From the NCBI GenBank assembly GCA_965198175.1, contig OZ240245.1, positions 1,184,001-1,248,000 on the forward strand: a stretch of DNA of 64,000 bases, read 5' to 3'. Made by a program: the position numbers and the translations under genes. This DNA comes from Candidatus Poribacteria bacterium (GTDB lineage Bacteria > Poribacteria > WGA-4E > PCPOR2b). Positions 31,861-42,580 of the stretch are shown here, in pieces (the stretch's first letter is position 1; every line of letters begins with the position of its first letter). Under the pieces are notes generated by a model. That model was not told the DNA's origin. It did no database searches and worked only from the letters and a program-made list of their open reading frames with translations.

Positions 31861-32709
31861 TTGAGTGGACAGATGAAATCTAAGCACAGCTACTACAGTC
31901 CGAAGTGGGTAGCCGATTACTTCGATGAATACGGCGAACAGGAATGGGAAAGATTCATTCGGAGACCTGCGGACGAGGTTAGTTTATTCATCCATACCCA
32001 TTATCTGGAGCAATTCGTAAAACCCGGCTCACGAGTTTTAGATGTGGGTGCTGGACCTGGCCGATTCACCCAAATCATGGCTGACATGGGCTGCCGTGTT
32101 GTGGTGGCAGATATATCGCAGGTGCAACTCGATCTGCATCTAAAATTCGCGGAAGCGCTGGGCTTTCAGGGTGCTATAGAGGAACGTTTGCGACTGGATA
32201 TTTGCGATATGAGCTGTCTGGACAGCGAGTCCTTTGACGCCGTTATCTGTTACGGCGGGCCTTTGAGCTATGTCTTCGACCAAGCATCCGCTGCAATGGG
32301 AGAATGCGCACGGGTTTGTCGGAAAGGCGGCCACGTTCTCGTCAGCGTTATGTCTCTCTGGGGCGCGACTCATCGGAACTTGAAGATGGTTCTATCGGTA
32401 CCGCCGGAAAGTAACCGCAAGATTACTGAGACAGGCGACTTAACCCCTGAGAATTGGGGTGATGTTCTCCATCAGTGCCACATGTTTCGACCTGACGAAG
32501 TACGACAGATGGTGCGCCAGGCAGGATTGACTCTTGTTGTAATATCCGCTTCAAATTGTGTTTCAAACTGTTGGGACGATCTACTCATTGAGGTAAAGAC
32601 AGATCCAGAAAAGTGGCAGGAACTCCTCAGAATGGAGCTTGCAGCCTGCAGCGAGGAGGGGTGTCTAGGCATGGGTTCCCATATCATTTTTGTTGGGCAA
32701 AAGCAGTAG
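31861..32709 (+). CDS. Class I SAM-dependent methyltransferase
   Basis: VLDVGAGPGRF, VVADIS, SFDAVIC. Confidence 0.88.
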   Translation: MSGQMKSKHSYYSPKWVADYFDEYGEQEWERFIRRPADEVSLFIHTHYLEQFVKPGSRVLDVGAGPGRFTQIMADMGCRVVVADISQVQLDLHLKFAEALGFQGAIEERLRLDICDMSCLDSESFDAVICYGGPLSYVFDQASAAMGECARVCRKGGHVLVSVMSLWGATHRNLKMVLSVPPESNRKITETGDLTPENWGDVLHQCHMFRPDEVRQMVRQAGLTLVVISASNCVSNCWDDLLIEVKTDPEKWQELLRMELAACSEEGCLGMGSHIIFVGQKQ

Positions 32710-32904
32710 GCGAGGTCTAGGGTTTGATTGTTCTCTATGCCTAGTCGGCTAGCACGGTTTCCGCTGTGGTGCTATCGCGTCTGGACCATCGGTGACATAT
32801 CGATGCACGGATTCGGAAACTAGGAAACGTTGGGGTGCAAGAAAGCCATTGCCTCATTACCCTTCATGGCAAGTTGCTATCACATTATTTATGAGTTAGT
32901 CTAC

Positions 32905-33471
32905 ATGGGAAGATTTATAGAGGTTGTTGATTACCAGGCAGATTGGTCGCAGCGTTACCAGAGGGAAGCCAGTCTGCTCCGGGATGTCTTCGGTGAGGCT
33001 ATGGTCCGGATTCACCACATCGGGAGTACGTCTGTTCCCGGTATGAGAGCCAAGGCGATTATCGACATCCTCATTGAGATTGAACTTGGTATCGACGTTG
33101 ACAGATTTAACCCTCGAATGAGGCAACTTGGATATGATTGCCGCGGCGAGTGTCTTGAGGCTGTTGTTCCCGGAACACCCGGTCGTTTCTATTTCAGCAA
33201 AAATGTTGATGGACGTCGGTATTGTCAGGTGCATGTCTGTCACGTCGGTCATTTTCAGATATCGGAATTTCTAGTTCTGCGCGATTATCTCAAATCTCAT
33301 TCAAACGAAGCCGCCAAGTACGGAGATTTGAAGTGCCGTTTGGCTAAGCAATTATCCCATGACAACGTTGGATATATGCGCGGGAAGGACGAATTAGTTA
33401 AGCGGCTAATCTTAAGGGCGACGGAATGGAACAAGACTTTCGGTAAGGAAAGGTCGCGTTGCCCTTCGTAA
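32905..33471 (+). CDS. GrpB family nucleotidyltransferase-like protein
   Basis: IHHIGSTSVPGMRAKAIIDI, LRDYL, YGDLK, Y..GK; start moved to ATG 32905. Confidence 0.88.
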   Translation: MGRFIEVVDYQADWSQRYQREASLLRDVFGEAMVRIHHIGSTSVPGMRAKAIIDILIEIELGIDVDRFNPRMRQLGYDCRGECLEAVVPGTPGRFYFSKNVDGRRYCQVHVCHVGHFQISEFLVLRDYLKSHSNEAAKYGDLKCRLAKQLSHDNVGYMRGKDELVKRLILRATEWNKTFGKERSRCPS

Positions 33472-33639
33472 AGCCTACAATAGGCTGATTCACAAATCAG
33501 TACGAGATCAATCTATTAGCCATGGCAGGTAAAAGGACGGTATTGCACTGCGGTGCATTCGTGTTTTCCAGCCAATATCGTAAACCCGCATCCAAGTCCT
33601 AAATCGTCGTGATGGCAGTAGAGCTTAGTATTGAACTTT

Positions 33640-33780
33640 ATGCGTCAAGCTCAAGTCGTTCAGAAAACGAAAACGCCCGCCACGGTCGAATCGTTACGGG
33701 GCAATCTTAGTGCGCTTGACGTTGGAAGGGCCCCAAAACGTCATGTGCAAGGCATTGACACGATTCTCGCAGCGCGGTAA
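33640..33780 (+). pseudogene. 5' remnant of an AAC(3)-family acetyltransferase gene
   Basis: MRQAQVVQKTKTPATVESLRGNLSALDVG aligns with the N-terminus of 41084 (MREGQVVQNTKIPATLESLQTNLRALGVG), then diverges; stop at 33778-33780. Confidence 0.8.
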
Positions 33781-33783
33781 CCA

Positions 33784-34578
33784 ATGAAAGTCAAAGATCT
33801 TCCGGAGGCTGTACAGTCTCATTTAATGGGCTATACGTCCGATGAGGTCAATCTCAAGACTGAGTCTTGCGCGGACGTGTTTCTCTACACTCACCCAAGG
33901 AAACAGGGCATGTTTCTTAAGGTTAGAAATGCGCAAATGGCACCGCAGGAGTCAAATCTGCGGATTGAGAAAATTGCTATGTCGTGGTTGCAAGGCAAAC
34001 TAAACGTTCCAGCCGTGGTTTGTTTTCATGAAGAGTGCGAGACGCAATATTTGGTTATGACGCAAATTGTGGGCGTCTCGGGCGGTCACCAACACGAGAT
34101 GAATGACATTCCGAATCTGATACGCGAGTTTGCTTTCGGTTTACGCGAAATTCATTCAATTAGCATTGGCTCATGTCCCTTGGATCAACGTATGGATGGA
34201 TATTTTTCGCGAACGGAAGATCTGATTGAATTGGGAGCGCTGGACAATCAGATTCCGGCTGGCAACACTAGGAGTTTCCTTAAAGATGAGTTGTCCAGTA
34301 TCAAAGCATATCTACCTGCGGAGGAAGATTTGGTATTCACCCATGGAGATTATTGCTTACCCAACATCTTGATCCGTGATGATCGCCTTAGCGGAATCAT
34401 TGCTTGGGGATACGCTGGAGTCGGCGACCGATATATCGACTTCGTGTCAGTCGACTACACGATTCGGAAAAATATGGGCTCTGAATGGGTACCCGTATTC
34501 TTCGAGGTGTATGATATCCAAGACCTAGATCGAGATAAATTGATGGGGTATCAAAAGGTTCACGATTTCATTGACTAA
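33784..34578 (+). CDS. APH(3')-family aminoglycoside phosphotransferase-like protein
   Basis: MFLKV, WLQGKLNVPAV, LVFTHGDYCLPNIL, AGVGDRYID. Confidence 0.82.
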   Translation: MKVKDLPEAVQSHLMGYTSDEVNLKTESCADVFLYTHPRKQGMFLKVRNAQMAPQESNLRIEKIAMSWLQGKLNVPAVVCFHEECETQYLVMTQIVGVSGGHQHEMNDIPNLIREFAFGLREIHSISIGSCPLDQRMDGYFSRTEDLIELGALDNQIPAGNTRSFLKDELSSIKAYLPAEEDLVFTHGDYCLPNILIRDDRLSGIIAWGYAGVGDRYIDFVSVDYTIRKNMGSEWVPVFFEVYDIQDLDRDKLMGYQKVHDFID

Positions 34579-34678
34579 AAATAATGGTATACAGTTCGCA
34601 TAACAATACAGCTTGTGCTGCGTCGTTGCGTGCCTTCGGCGTCTGAAATCACGCACAGAATAAAACTCAAGCTGGAAG

Positions 34679-35416
34679 GTGATTCGAATGCTAAAACAGA
34701 TCTCTTCTACTGTACATATGTGGTCTGAGATTCATGGAGCAGCTAGAAATGAGCCTTATCTTTGGAACAGCTACGTCATTCAGGTGAAGGATCGGGACGT
34801 TTTGATCCTGGTCGATCCGCTCCCACTATCCGCTGAAGAACTTCGAGCAGTTGAAGAAATCGGTACGCCGACTCACATTCTCCTTACATGCAACTGGCAT
34901 CTTCGAGAATCACAAGCATTCAGGCAAAAGTGGGGTTGTGAAGTCTGGCTCCACCAAGAAGGGTTAAAAGACTCAGAGGTACCAGTGGATGGAACATTGC
35001 AGGGTAAGGAATTTTTGTGGGATTTGATACAAGTGATCCATATTCCTGATGTTCACTATGTCGAGGAGGTTGCATTTCTGGTTAAGGGGGAAGGAAACAC
35101 CATGATTGTCGGGGATTTGGTCTGTGGAGGACGAAAAGATAGAAGTGTTCCTGACGGTGAGCTTTGGATAAATGCTTCGGAGTATATCTTTGACCTTCTG
35201 AATGCACGAAACTCTCTTCGAAAGTTGAGTGAGTATTCTTTCGAGAGATTGTGTTTTGGCCACGGAACTCCAATCACTCGATTGGCTAAAGATGTGTTCA
35301 ATGAATTTATCGAAAACGATGGCGCTTGGGAGAAGTTGAAGGCTGAAAAGGTTGAGAGAGCGAATGCTGCCTCACGAGAATTTCTGAAGAACATAGCAAC
35401 AAGGACATCACGTTAA
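34679..35416 (+). CDS. Metallo-beta-lactamase-fold protein (atypical motif)
   Basis: ILVDP, THILLTCNWH, MIVGDL, LCFGHGTP. Confidence 0.7.
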   Translation: MIRMLKQISSTVHMWSEIHGAARNEPYLWNSYVIQVKDRDVLILVDPLPLSAEELRAVEEIGTPTHILLTCNWHLRESQAFRQKWGCEVWLHQEGLKDSEVPVDGTLQGKEFLWDLIQVIHIPDVHYVEEVAFLVKGEGNTMIVGDLVCGGRKDRSVPDGELWINASEYIFDLLNARNSLRKLSEYSFERLCFGHGTPITRLAKDVFNEFIENDGAWEKLKAEKVERANAASREFLKNIATRTSR

Positions 35417-35543
35417 ACGGAAATACACGACGGGATGAGAATGCGTGGTTTCGAGGTATCAACGGTACTCCAAGCAGAAGCCTCATTGTGGTTCTAAGAT
35501 TGCGCTGAGAACAGATCGCTTCGGTCATTAGGAGGAATGCGTC

Positions 35544-37880
35544 ATGCAATGCGCGACAAATCGATATATCACTCTTATAAAAAAAGGAACTGGCAGGTCG
35601 TTTGACTTGATGCTCATCAGCTGGATGTTGCTTCTCGGTTTCGCTTCGGTCGGGTTCACCGATGGACTGAAGCTCGTCACTGAGGTAGAATTTCAACCGT
35701 TAGCGTCAGCCACCCGGCGACTCATTGACGCGTTGGATTATCTCGGTTCTCCCCTATCCGAAGACGACGTTTCAGCAATCAGGGAAGCGTTGGTTTCTGA
35801 TGACCACAAACAGGCGGTTACTGACATCCAAAAATCTCTTGATCCATATTGTCTGGTCGGAGTCCATATCAACCCTGAAAGTCGCGTCAAGGTTGCGGAA
35901 GGCACTGCAAATAAGGAGTTAATGCAACACGGTTGGCGTACCTTCTTGGTAAAGGTATATAACGAGGCGGGCGTGACGGCACCGCTCGCGGCAGAGAGCG
36001 AAAATTCCGCTCCACTTTATCAGCGTTCCAGCGGAAGTCCTGAACCTCAGATGACCGTGCTCAAAGGTGACATCCCGCATCGATTTCTCGATATTGAAAT
36101 CTATTCCAATTCGCCGTTGAAGGCGAATCTTTCGGGGTTGGAACTAGAGTATCGTATCATTCAGCTCTATAGCCGCGATTCAGGGAAACGAGAGGCGATG
36201 TTGGGCTTTAACGTCGGTCAGGGAACGCAGGACATCGGCTTCCGCAATGCAGTACCTATCTTGTTCCACTGTGTGCCGGCGGTAAAGGTGACATTAGAAG
36301 TGTTAGACTTTGACGGGAAGCCAACGACCGCTGCGTTTACGATTCGTGACGAATTGAAGCGGGTGCATCCATCGCCCGGCCGACGCTTAGCACCGGATTT
36401 TTTCTTTCATAACCAAATTTATCGACACAGCGGCGAATCGGTTCTCTTGCCGCCTGGCGAGTATACTGTCGAGCACACCCGAGGTCCTGAGTATCAGGTG
36501 AAAACCGAAACAATTACCGTGCCCGATACCGAATCCCATCAAGCGACATTTCGTTTGGAACGATGGATTCATGCCGCGGCGGAAGGCTGGCGTTCCGGCG
36601 ACCATCATATACACGCGGCAGGTTGCTCTCACTATGAAAGCCCGACCCAGGGCGTTAGGCCTGAAGACATGATGCGGCACCTCCTCGGCGAAGACCTCAA
36701 TGTGGGCTGTGTGCTTTCGTGGGGTCCCTGCTGGTATTTTCAGAAGCAGTTTTTTGAGGGCAAGACTCACGAACTTTCAACCGATGACTACGTAATGCGC
36801 TATGATGTAGAGGTTTCAGGCTTCCCCTCCTCGCATGCCGGACATCTTTCATTGTTGGGGCTCACTGAGGACGACTATAGAGGTGTAGAACGCATTGAGG
36901 AGTGGCCCAGTTGGGGCCTACCCGTCCTACAGTGGGCGAAGGAGCAGGGCGCTGTAACAGGCTTCAGCCATAGCGGTTGGGGCTTGAAAGTGCCCGGGGA
37001 CGAACTCCCCAACTACAATATGCCTCCTTTCGACAGCATCGGTGCTAACGAGTACATCGTGGACGTGGTCCATGACGCCGTTGATTTCATCTCTACAGTG
37101 GACACGCCCGCTGTTTGGGAGCTGAATATCTGGTATCATACATTGAATTGCGGCTTCCGCACTAGAATCAGCGGGGAGACGGATTTCCCTTGCATTTACG
37201 GCGAGCGGGTAGGGCTAGGCCGCGTGTATGTGAAAACGTCCGCTGGCCCGCTCGACTTCGATACGTGGGTAGTGGGATTGCGAAATGGACGTTCCTACGT
37301 TGGGGATGGCAAAAGTCATCTGCTAGACTTTATCGTGGGTAATGTACCTGTCGGAGAAAAGACGCCAACCGGAAAGATTAGCCAGTTGGATTTGGAAAAA
37401 CCGGGCACAGTGACTATTACTGCGCGTGTGGCTGCGCGGCTTGACGAGAAGCCTAACCCTAAGATACGGAATCGGCCTTTGGATCAGAAACCGTATTGGG
37501 ACCTCGAACGCGCCCGCATTGGGGGAAGCCGAAAGGTGCCTGTTGAACTCATCGTCAACGGTCAGGCGGTTGACCAGCACGATATTGTGGCAGACGGCGA
37601 AATCGTACCTGCTCAATTCGAGGTGACCATCAACAGATCTAGTTGGGTTGCGCTACGGATCTTCCCGTCATCTCATACGAATCCAGTTTTCGTCATTGTC
37701 GGCGGCAATCCCATCCGGGCAAGTCGCAGAAGTGCCACATGGTGCTTGGACGCTGTGGAGGTCTGCTGGAACAAAAAAGTTGACGGCATCCGCGAGGAAG
37801 AACGCGATGCCGCTCGCGAGGCATATAATGTTGCGCGACAGACTTACCGGAATATTCTCGAAGAATCTGATGTGGACTGA
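35544..37880 (+). CDS. CehA/McbA family PHP-like metallohydrolase
   Basis: GWRSGDHHIH, SSHAGHL, FSHSG, IWYHTLNCGFR, SGETDFP. Confidence 0.8.
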   Translation: MQCATNRYITLIKKGTGRSFDLMLISWMLLLGFASVGFTDGLKLVTEVEFQPLASATRRLIDALDYLGSPLSEDDVSAIREALVSDDHKQAVTDIQKSLDPYCLVGVHINPESRVKVAEGTANKELMQHGWRTFLVKVYNEAGVTAPLAAESENSAPLYQRSSGSPEPQMTVLKGDIPHRFLDIEIYSNSPLKANLSGLELEYRIIQLYSRDSGKREAMLGFNVGQGTQDIGFRNAVPILFHCVPAVKVTLEVLDFDGKPTTAAFTIRDELKRVHPSPGRRLAPDFFFHNQIYRHSGESVLLPPGEYTVEHTRGPEYQVKTETITVPDTESHQATFRLERWIHAAAEGWRSGDHHIHAAGCSHYESPTQGVRPEDMMRHLLGEDLNVGCVLSWGPCWYFQKQFFEGKTHELSTDDYVMRYDVEVSGFPSSHAGHLSLLGLTEDDYRGVERIEEWPSWGLPVLQWAKEQGAVTGFSHSGWGLKVPGDELPNYNMPPFDSIGANEYIVDVVHDAVDFISTVDTPAVWELNIWYHTLNCGFRTRISGETDFPCIYGERVGLGRVYVKTSAGPLDFDTWVVGLRNGRSYVGDGKSHLLDFIVGNVPVGEKTPTGKISQLDLEKPGTVTITARVAARLDEKPNPKIRNRPLDQKPYWDLERARIGGSRKVPVELIVNGQAVDQHDIVADGEIVPAQFEVTINRSSWVALRIFPSSHTNPVFVIVGGNPIRASRRSATWCLDAVEVCWNKKVDGIREEERDAAREAYNVARQTYRNILEESDVD

Positions 37881-37961
37881 AACCTTTGTGCTGGGTTTCG
37901 TTTTACGAGCGATTCCAGCCAATTACATCTCTTAGCTTTCGGATATTTAGCATTAGCGATT

Positions 37962-38684
37962 ATGGAGAAAATCTACGGCAAACATTCAGTAAATGCAGTT
38001 TTCAGTACTCGCCCGCGCGCGATTCGACGCATCATCCTCCTTGCGGGGAGAAAGTCCTTCCTCAACGAAGAATATATAGAACTTGCACACTGCCACAAAA
38101 TTAAACCTGAGATTTTGCCGCGCGACAAATTCTTGCGTGCCACGAATTTAACCGAAGACGACAAACACCAAGGTATTTGCATTTTTACCGAGCCGCGAAC
38201 AATTTACGGTGAGAAAGACTTGGAACTCCTTCGCAACAGTCGGGTCATTCTTGCGCTTGACCAAGTTTCTAACCCTCAAAATTTAGGCACAATGCTTCGC
38301 AACGCGGCATTTTTCGGTGCAGATGCGGTTATCTTGTTACGGAATCGTTCAACGGATATTTCTCCGACGGTAACGCGAGTCGCAGTTGGCGCTGCGGAAT
38401 TCGTGAAAATTTTTAAGGTGATAAACTTAGCGCGAAGTTTGGACGCACTAAAAAAAATCGGATTTTGGGTGTACGGTCTAGACGAACGCGGGCAAAAAAC
38501 TCTCGCCGAGACAGATTTTGATGAAAGAACAGTTTTCGTCGTTGGCGCAGAAGGGGAAGGACTTCGTCTCCGAACAAAGAAATTCTGTGACGAACTTGTC
38601 CGCATCCCTGGTGGATGGCACGGCATTGAAAGTTTGAATGCAGGAGTTGCGACGGCTGTGGCTCTGGCAGAGTTTTTTCGCTAA
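37962..38684 (+). CDS. TrmH/SpoU family RNA 2'-O-methyltransferase (RlmB-like)
   Basis: LDQVSNPQNLGTMLRNA, VVGAEGEGLR, ESLNAGVA. Confidence 0.9.
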   Translation: MEKIYGKHSVNAVFSTRPRAIRRIILLAGRKSFLNEEYIELAHCHKIKPEILPRDKFLRATNLTEDDKHQGICIFTEPRTIYGEKDLELLRNSRVILALDQVSNPQNLGTMLRNAAFFGADAVILLRNRSTDISPTVTRVAVGAAEFVKIFKVINLARSLDALKKIGFWVYGLDERGQKTLAETDFDERTVFVVGAEGEGLRLRTKKFCDELVRIPGGWHGIESLNAGVATAVALAEFFR

Positions 38685-38820
38685 AAGAAAGGGTAATTTA
38701 GCTGCGGTGCTCAAGCAGTCTGCCTCGCACTATTAATCTAGTAAATTAGCATTGCGAACTCTGGCTAGAGAATGCTTCACCTAATCCAAGAAGTGTAGGT
38801 TCAGAAAGGGGATAACGACA

Positions 38821-40563
38821 TTGAAAGACGCACTTCAGGAAGACGGTACGTCCTGCGACGATTCGCTGATTGATGCGGTGAGTATCTGTAACGCAGCGCA
38901 GGCTGGTAACCTCCAGCGGGTTCAGGAAATTCTCGCCGCCAAGCCGGAGTTAGCCACGCAGGACCTTGCCTCAAATAATGAGCACCAACCGATCCATTTT
39001 GCAGCGGAAGAGGGACATGCTGAAATCGTGCGTGTGCTACTGGAAGCGGGCGCCGATCCGCTCAATGGCATATATCCTCATCGTGAGGCGACCAGTGCAC
39101 TGACAATGGCGAAAGACCGCGGGCACACAGCCGTCGTTGAGGTCATTGAGGGGTGGCTCAATGCGCAGCGTGGAACAACGCCAAAGGGTGAAGCCTTCAC
39201 CCACGCTGCGGCGCGTGGCGATATGGAACGTATCCGATTGATGCTTGATGAGGATGCAGAGCTAATCAATGCAACCGATGGGGGCGGGGGAACTGCGCTT
39301 TTCAGAGCGGTGCATCGGGGCGATTTGTGGCTTGTCCTTGAGTTACTAGATCGGGGTGCCGATGTTGACCATCGCGCCGTGGACGGAAGCCAGCCAATTC
39401 ACCATTGTCTCGCACACAGTTGGAAGGTACCGGACGAGAAGTACAAAACCTACGCCATCCTCGCAGGTGCCCTGCTGGCTCGAGGCGCATCGTACAATCT
39501 CTGGGTCGCCTGCGGAATTGGTGATGTTGAAGGCGTGAAACGAAAATTGGACGCATACGAAGACAATATCGCACTATGTAAGAGTCGTCGGCCGTTTTGG
39601 AGCGACTACGAAAACCCGCTTGTCGTCGCCTGCTTTCAAGGGCATGCAGAAGTCGTGCGGTTGCTCATCGACGCAGGGGCGGATCCAGATTCGCCTTTTG
39701 AGATTGATGTCGCTGGCGAGAAGGTGAAGCAGTGGGGTCATCCGCTCTGGATTGCGGCGAATCGTGGGCATTGTGAAGTTGTGAAATTGCTCCTTGAACG
39801 GGGCGCAAATCCAAACACGGCGGTCTACGCCGCCGGTAACGCCGTGTGCTGGGCGTATCAGTATGGGCACAAGCGCGTTGCGGATCTGATGTTTCAGCAC
39901 GGCGCGGTCGCCGATCTGTTGAGTTATTGTCTGACAAACAATCTCCCCGCTATTTCAGAGATTCTTCATCGGGATGCCTCGGAGCGTGGCCGTTTACTGT
40001 GGAGTGCGATTCTGACGGGTAACGTTGATGTAGTCGCGATGGGACTGCGTGACAATCCACAATACAGTGATGCGAAATGGTTTGACCTGCTGGAGCAATC
40101 GGTGCGTGGGTGGCGGCTGGGCGATCTGAAGATTAACAACGAAGGATTCGAGCGCCGCAACTACATCACGATTCTGGGTATGTTACTTGAACAGGGCGTC
40201 AATCCGAATCTGAGAAACCCGCGAGATGAGCGGTTCAATTTTACGATTTTGCATCATCTCGCAGGCAGAAGCTGTAACTCCAGAACATACGGGCATACGG
40301 AGGAAAAGGTTGTCGAATTCGCTCGTCTGCTGCTTAACCACGGCGCCGACATCAACGCGATAGAAAATAAGCTCAAGTCAACCCCGATCGGCTGGGCAGC
40401 CCGTTTCGGCTGCCACAGGTTGGTCGAGTTCCTGCTCGACCGTGGTGCAGACCCCAATCTAGCAGACGCGCCGTGGGAAACACCAATGGCTTGGGCGAAG
40501 AAAAAGGGACAGACCGAGATTGCTGAAATCCTCCGTCAACATGGCGCAGAATGGTGTGCCTAA
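38821..40563 (+). CDS. Ankyrin repeat protein
   Basis: Multiple repeats (PIHFAAEEGHAEIVRVLLEAGAD, PLWIAANRGHCEVVKLLLERGANPN, TPIGWAARFG). Confidence 0.92.
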   Translation: MKDALQEDGTSCDDSLIDAVSICNAAQAGNLQRVQEILAAKPELATQDLASNNEHQPIHFAAEEGHAEIVRVLLEAGADPLNGIYPHREATSALTMAKDRGHTAVVEVIEGWLNAQRGTTPKGEAFTHAAARGDMERIRLMLDEDAELINATDGGGGTALFRAVHRGDLWLVLELLDRGADVDHRAVDGSQPIHHCLAHSWKVPDEKYKTYAILAGALLARGASYNLWVACGIGDVEGVKRKLDAYEDNIALCKSRRPFWSDYENPLVVACFQGHAEVVRLLIDAGADPDSPFEIDVAGEKVKQWGHPLWIAANRGHCEVVKLLLERGANPNTAVYAAGNAVCWAYQYGHKRVADLMFQHGAVADLLSYCLTNNLPAISEILHRDASERGRLLWSAILTGNVDVVAMGLRDNPQYSDAKWFDLLEQSVRGWRLGDLKINNEGFERRNYITILGMLLEQGVNPNLRNPRDERFNFTILHHLAGRSCNSRTYGHTEEKVVEFARLLLNHGADINAIENKLKSTPIGWAARFGCHRLVEFLLDRGADPNLADAPWETPMAWAKKKGQTEIAEILRQHGAEWCA

Positions 40564-40713
40564 AGCGCAGACAAAAAATTCTACTTTCAATAATCTGATT
40601 TAGGATCGACTGCGCGCCTAAACGGTGCGAACACGGTGTTCATGTCTCATTTCAGCCCTTTGTCAAACCACACCACGGCTCGGACATAACTAGGTGATTC
40701 TACGAAATAGACA

Positions 40714-41067
40714 ATGTGCTATAGTATTGATTCCATAGTAAGGGTTATTGTTGACAGACCGCTCGGGTCTCGGCATCCTGAACAAGACTTCATCTACCCC
40801 GTGAACTACGGGTATATTCCCGGAACACTCGCCGGGGATGGAGAAGAGATTGACGCCTACATTCTGGGCGAATTTGAACCTCTGGATTCTTTCGAGGGTA
40901 ACGTAATTGGGCTAATTGTCCGTAATGATGACAATGAAAATAAGTTAGTTGTCTCTCAATATGTGGATCGGTATGGAGCGGATGAGGTCAAGGCGCTCAC
41001 GGAATTTCAAGAACGCTTTTTCGACTTTCATGTGATTTCATTCGTTCAGAAGCCCGGTACGAAGTAA
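40714..41067 (+). CDS. Short soluble inorganic pyrophosphatase-family protein
   Basis: DRPLGSRHP, YPVNYGYIPGTLAGDGEEIDAY, DDNENKLV. Confidence 0.85.
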   Translation: MCYSIDSIVRVIVDRPLGSRHPEQDFIYPVNYGYIPGTLAGDGEEIDAYILGEFEPLDSFEGNVIGLIVRNDDNENKLVVSQYVDRYGADEVKALTEFQERFFDFHVISFVQKPGTK

Positions 41068-41083
41068 GCAGAAGGACAACCCA

Positions 41084-41908
41084 ATGCGTGAGGGTCAAGT
41101 CGTTCAAAACACAAAAATACCTGCCACGCTCGAATCGTTGCAGACCAATCTTCGTGCGCTTGGCGTTGGGACGGGGATGGTATTGTTAGTTCATTCGTCC
41201 TTGAGCGCGATGGGATGGGTGTGCGGTGGAGCAGTGGCGGTCATAATTGCCCTTCAGGAAGTCTTAGGCGCCTCCGGTACGCTTGTGATGCCTGCCCATT
41301 CAACGGACTTGACAGAACCAAGCGAGTGGCAAAACCCTCCTGTACCTGAGTCGTGGTGGTCGGTCATACGTGCGTCCATGCCAGCCTACCAGCCGGACCT
41401 AACGCCCACACGCTCAATGGGAGTTATTGCGGAAACATTCCGAAAGCAAAACGGCGTTCTCCGCAGTTCACATCCGCACCACTCATTTTGTGCGCGTGGG
41501 CTACATGCGCCGTTCATTACAAATAATCATTCATTGGCGTTTGGCATGGGAGAGGGGTCACCGCTTGCCAGAATCTACGATTTGGATGGTTTCGTGCTGC
41601 TCATCGGTGTCGGTCATGATCGCAATACGTCGATGCACTTTGCAGAATATCGGGCAACCTTTCCAACCAAACGCATCGTGCATGAGGGTGCGCCAATCTC
41701 CTCATCGGGTTCAAGGAGATGGACCATCTTTGAAAATATCGAACTTGACAGTTCCGATTTCGAGCGCAGCGGCGAGGACTTTCTTCAATCTGATGCGGGA
41801 AAACTGGTGCGACGCGGCAATTTTGGTCTTGCAGCGTGCCAACTCATGCCGCAACGCACGGTGGTAGACTTCGCTGTTGATTGGCTTGAAGCGCATAGAG
41901 CAAAGTGA
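41084..41908 (+). CDS. AAC(3) family (YokD-like) N-acetyltransferase
   Basis: LLVHSSLSAMGWVCGG, GTLVMPAHS, RSSHPHHSF, GEGSPL, NTSMHFAE. Confidence 0.92.
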   Translation: MREGQVVQNTKIPATLESLQTNLRALGVGTGMVLLVHSSLSAMGWVCGGAVAVIIALQEVLGASGTLVMPAHSTDLTEPSEWQNPPVPESWWSVIRASMPAYQPDLTPTRSMGVIAETFRKQNGVLRSSHPHHSFCARGLHAPFITNNHSLAFGMGEGSPLARIYDLDGFVLLIGVGHDRNTSMHFAEYRATFPTKRIVHEGAPISSSGSRRWTIFENIELDSSDFERSGEDFLQSDAGKLVRRGNFGLAACQLMPQRTVVDFAVDWLEAHRAK

Positions 41909-41919
41909 ACCGATAACGT

Positions 41920-42580
41920 ATTCGGTGATTCAGTGGAAATTCCAAACATCGTCATCATCGGCGGTGAATCGCGGGCTGGAACATACGTTCTGCGGATTCG
42001 CCTCATAGAGGACACCACATTACGGTTCGGGCGGTTCAAGAGTGGGAAGTTGATTTCGCTGCCCGCCGGTGAATATGCCTATGTCGGCTCCGCACTCTCA
42101 GAAAAAGGTTCGACCTCACTAGCGCGGCGGCTCATTCGGCACGCAACGCGGAGCCGGGGGTCAACGACCGCACCGTATTCGGGAGGAGATGATGCGCCGA
42201 TTCGTTGAATGCGGTTTGGGAAACGGAAACCTACTACCAAAGGACGGCAAAGCCCTGTTCTGGAACATAGATTTCCTCTTGGACTTGGATTCGGCAGAAA
42301 TTGTGAGCCTTTACGTCGTTCGTCTACCTAAACGATTGGAAAGCATGCTCGCCAAACAGCTTGAGCGGGATTCACACACGCAAGTTATCGAACGCGGTCT
42401 AGGCGCAAACGATGTCCCAGGCAATACACATCTGTTGCACGTCAGCGCAGAGGAGCCGTGGTGGGAATCACTCGCGATTCAGCTTGCTAACGTAGCAAAA
42501 GGTAGTTCATAGTCAGCCTGTGACGGACGATTGTATCCCATCGGCAGCCTGAGCAGGACGAAAGCCGGGTTTTGTAGGAA
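41920..42580 (+). repeat. ~660-bp direct repeat, copy 1 (copy 2 at 45084-45744)
   Basis: Similarity runs from attcggtgattcagtgga through the DUF123 gene and ~70 bp past its stop (gtagttcatagtcagcct...cctgagcaggac). Confidence 0.9.
41933..42512 (+). pseudogene. DUF123 (GIY-YIG/Uri-like nuclease) gene, frameshifted copy
   Basis: Near-identical to 45097-45675 but with a +1 base near 42155 (gagccgggggtc vs gagtgggagtc), splitting it into ORFs 41933-42208 and 42189-42512. Confidence 0.8.

Noticed and set aside
37878..37964. CehA/McbA TGA in frame with the TrmH methyltransferase through 27 open codons
   Set aside because: Both proteins are complete and unrelated; there is no Cys/Sec context, so chance is sufficient.
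24507..41908. APH, AAC(3), GNAT and MBL genes read as an antibiotic-resistance island
   Set aside because: Only superfamily-level motifs are visible, these families are widespread without resistance roles, and one APH lacks a key Asp.
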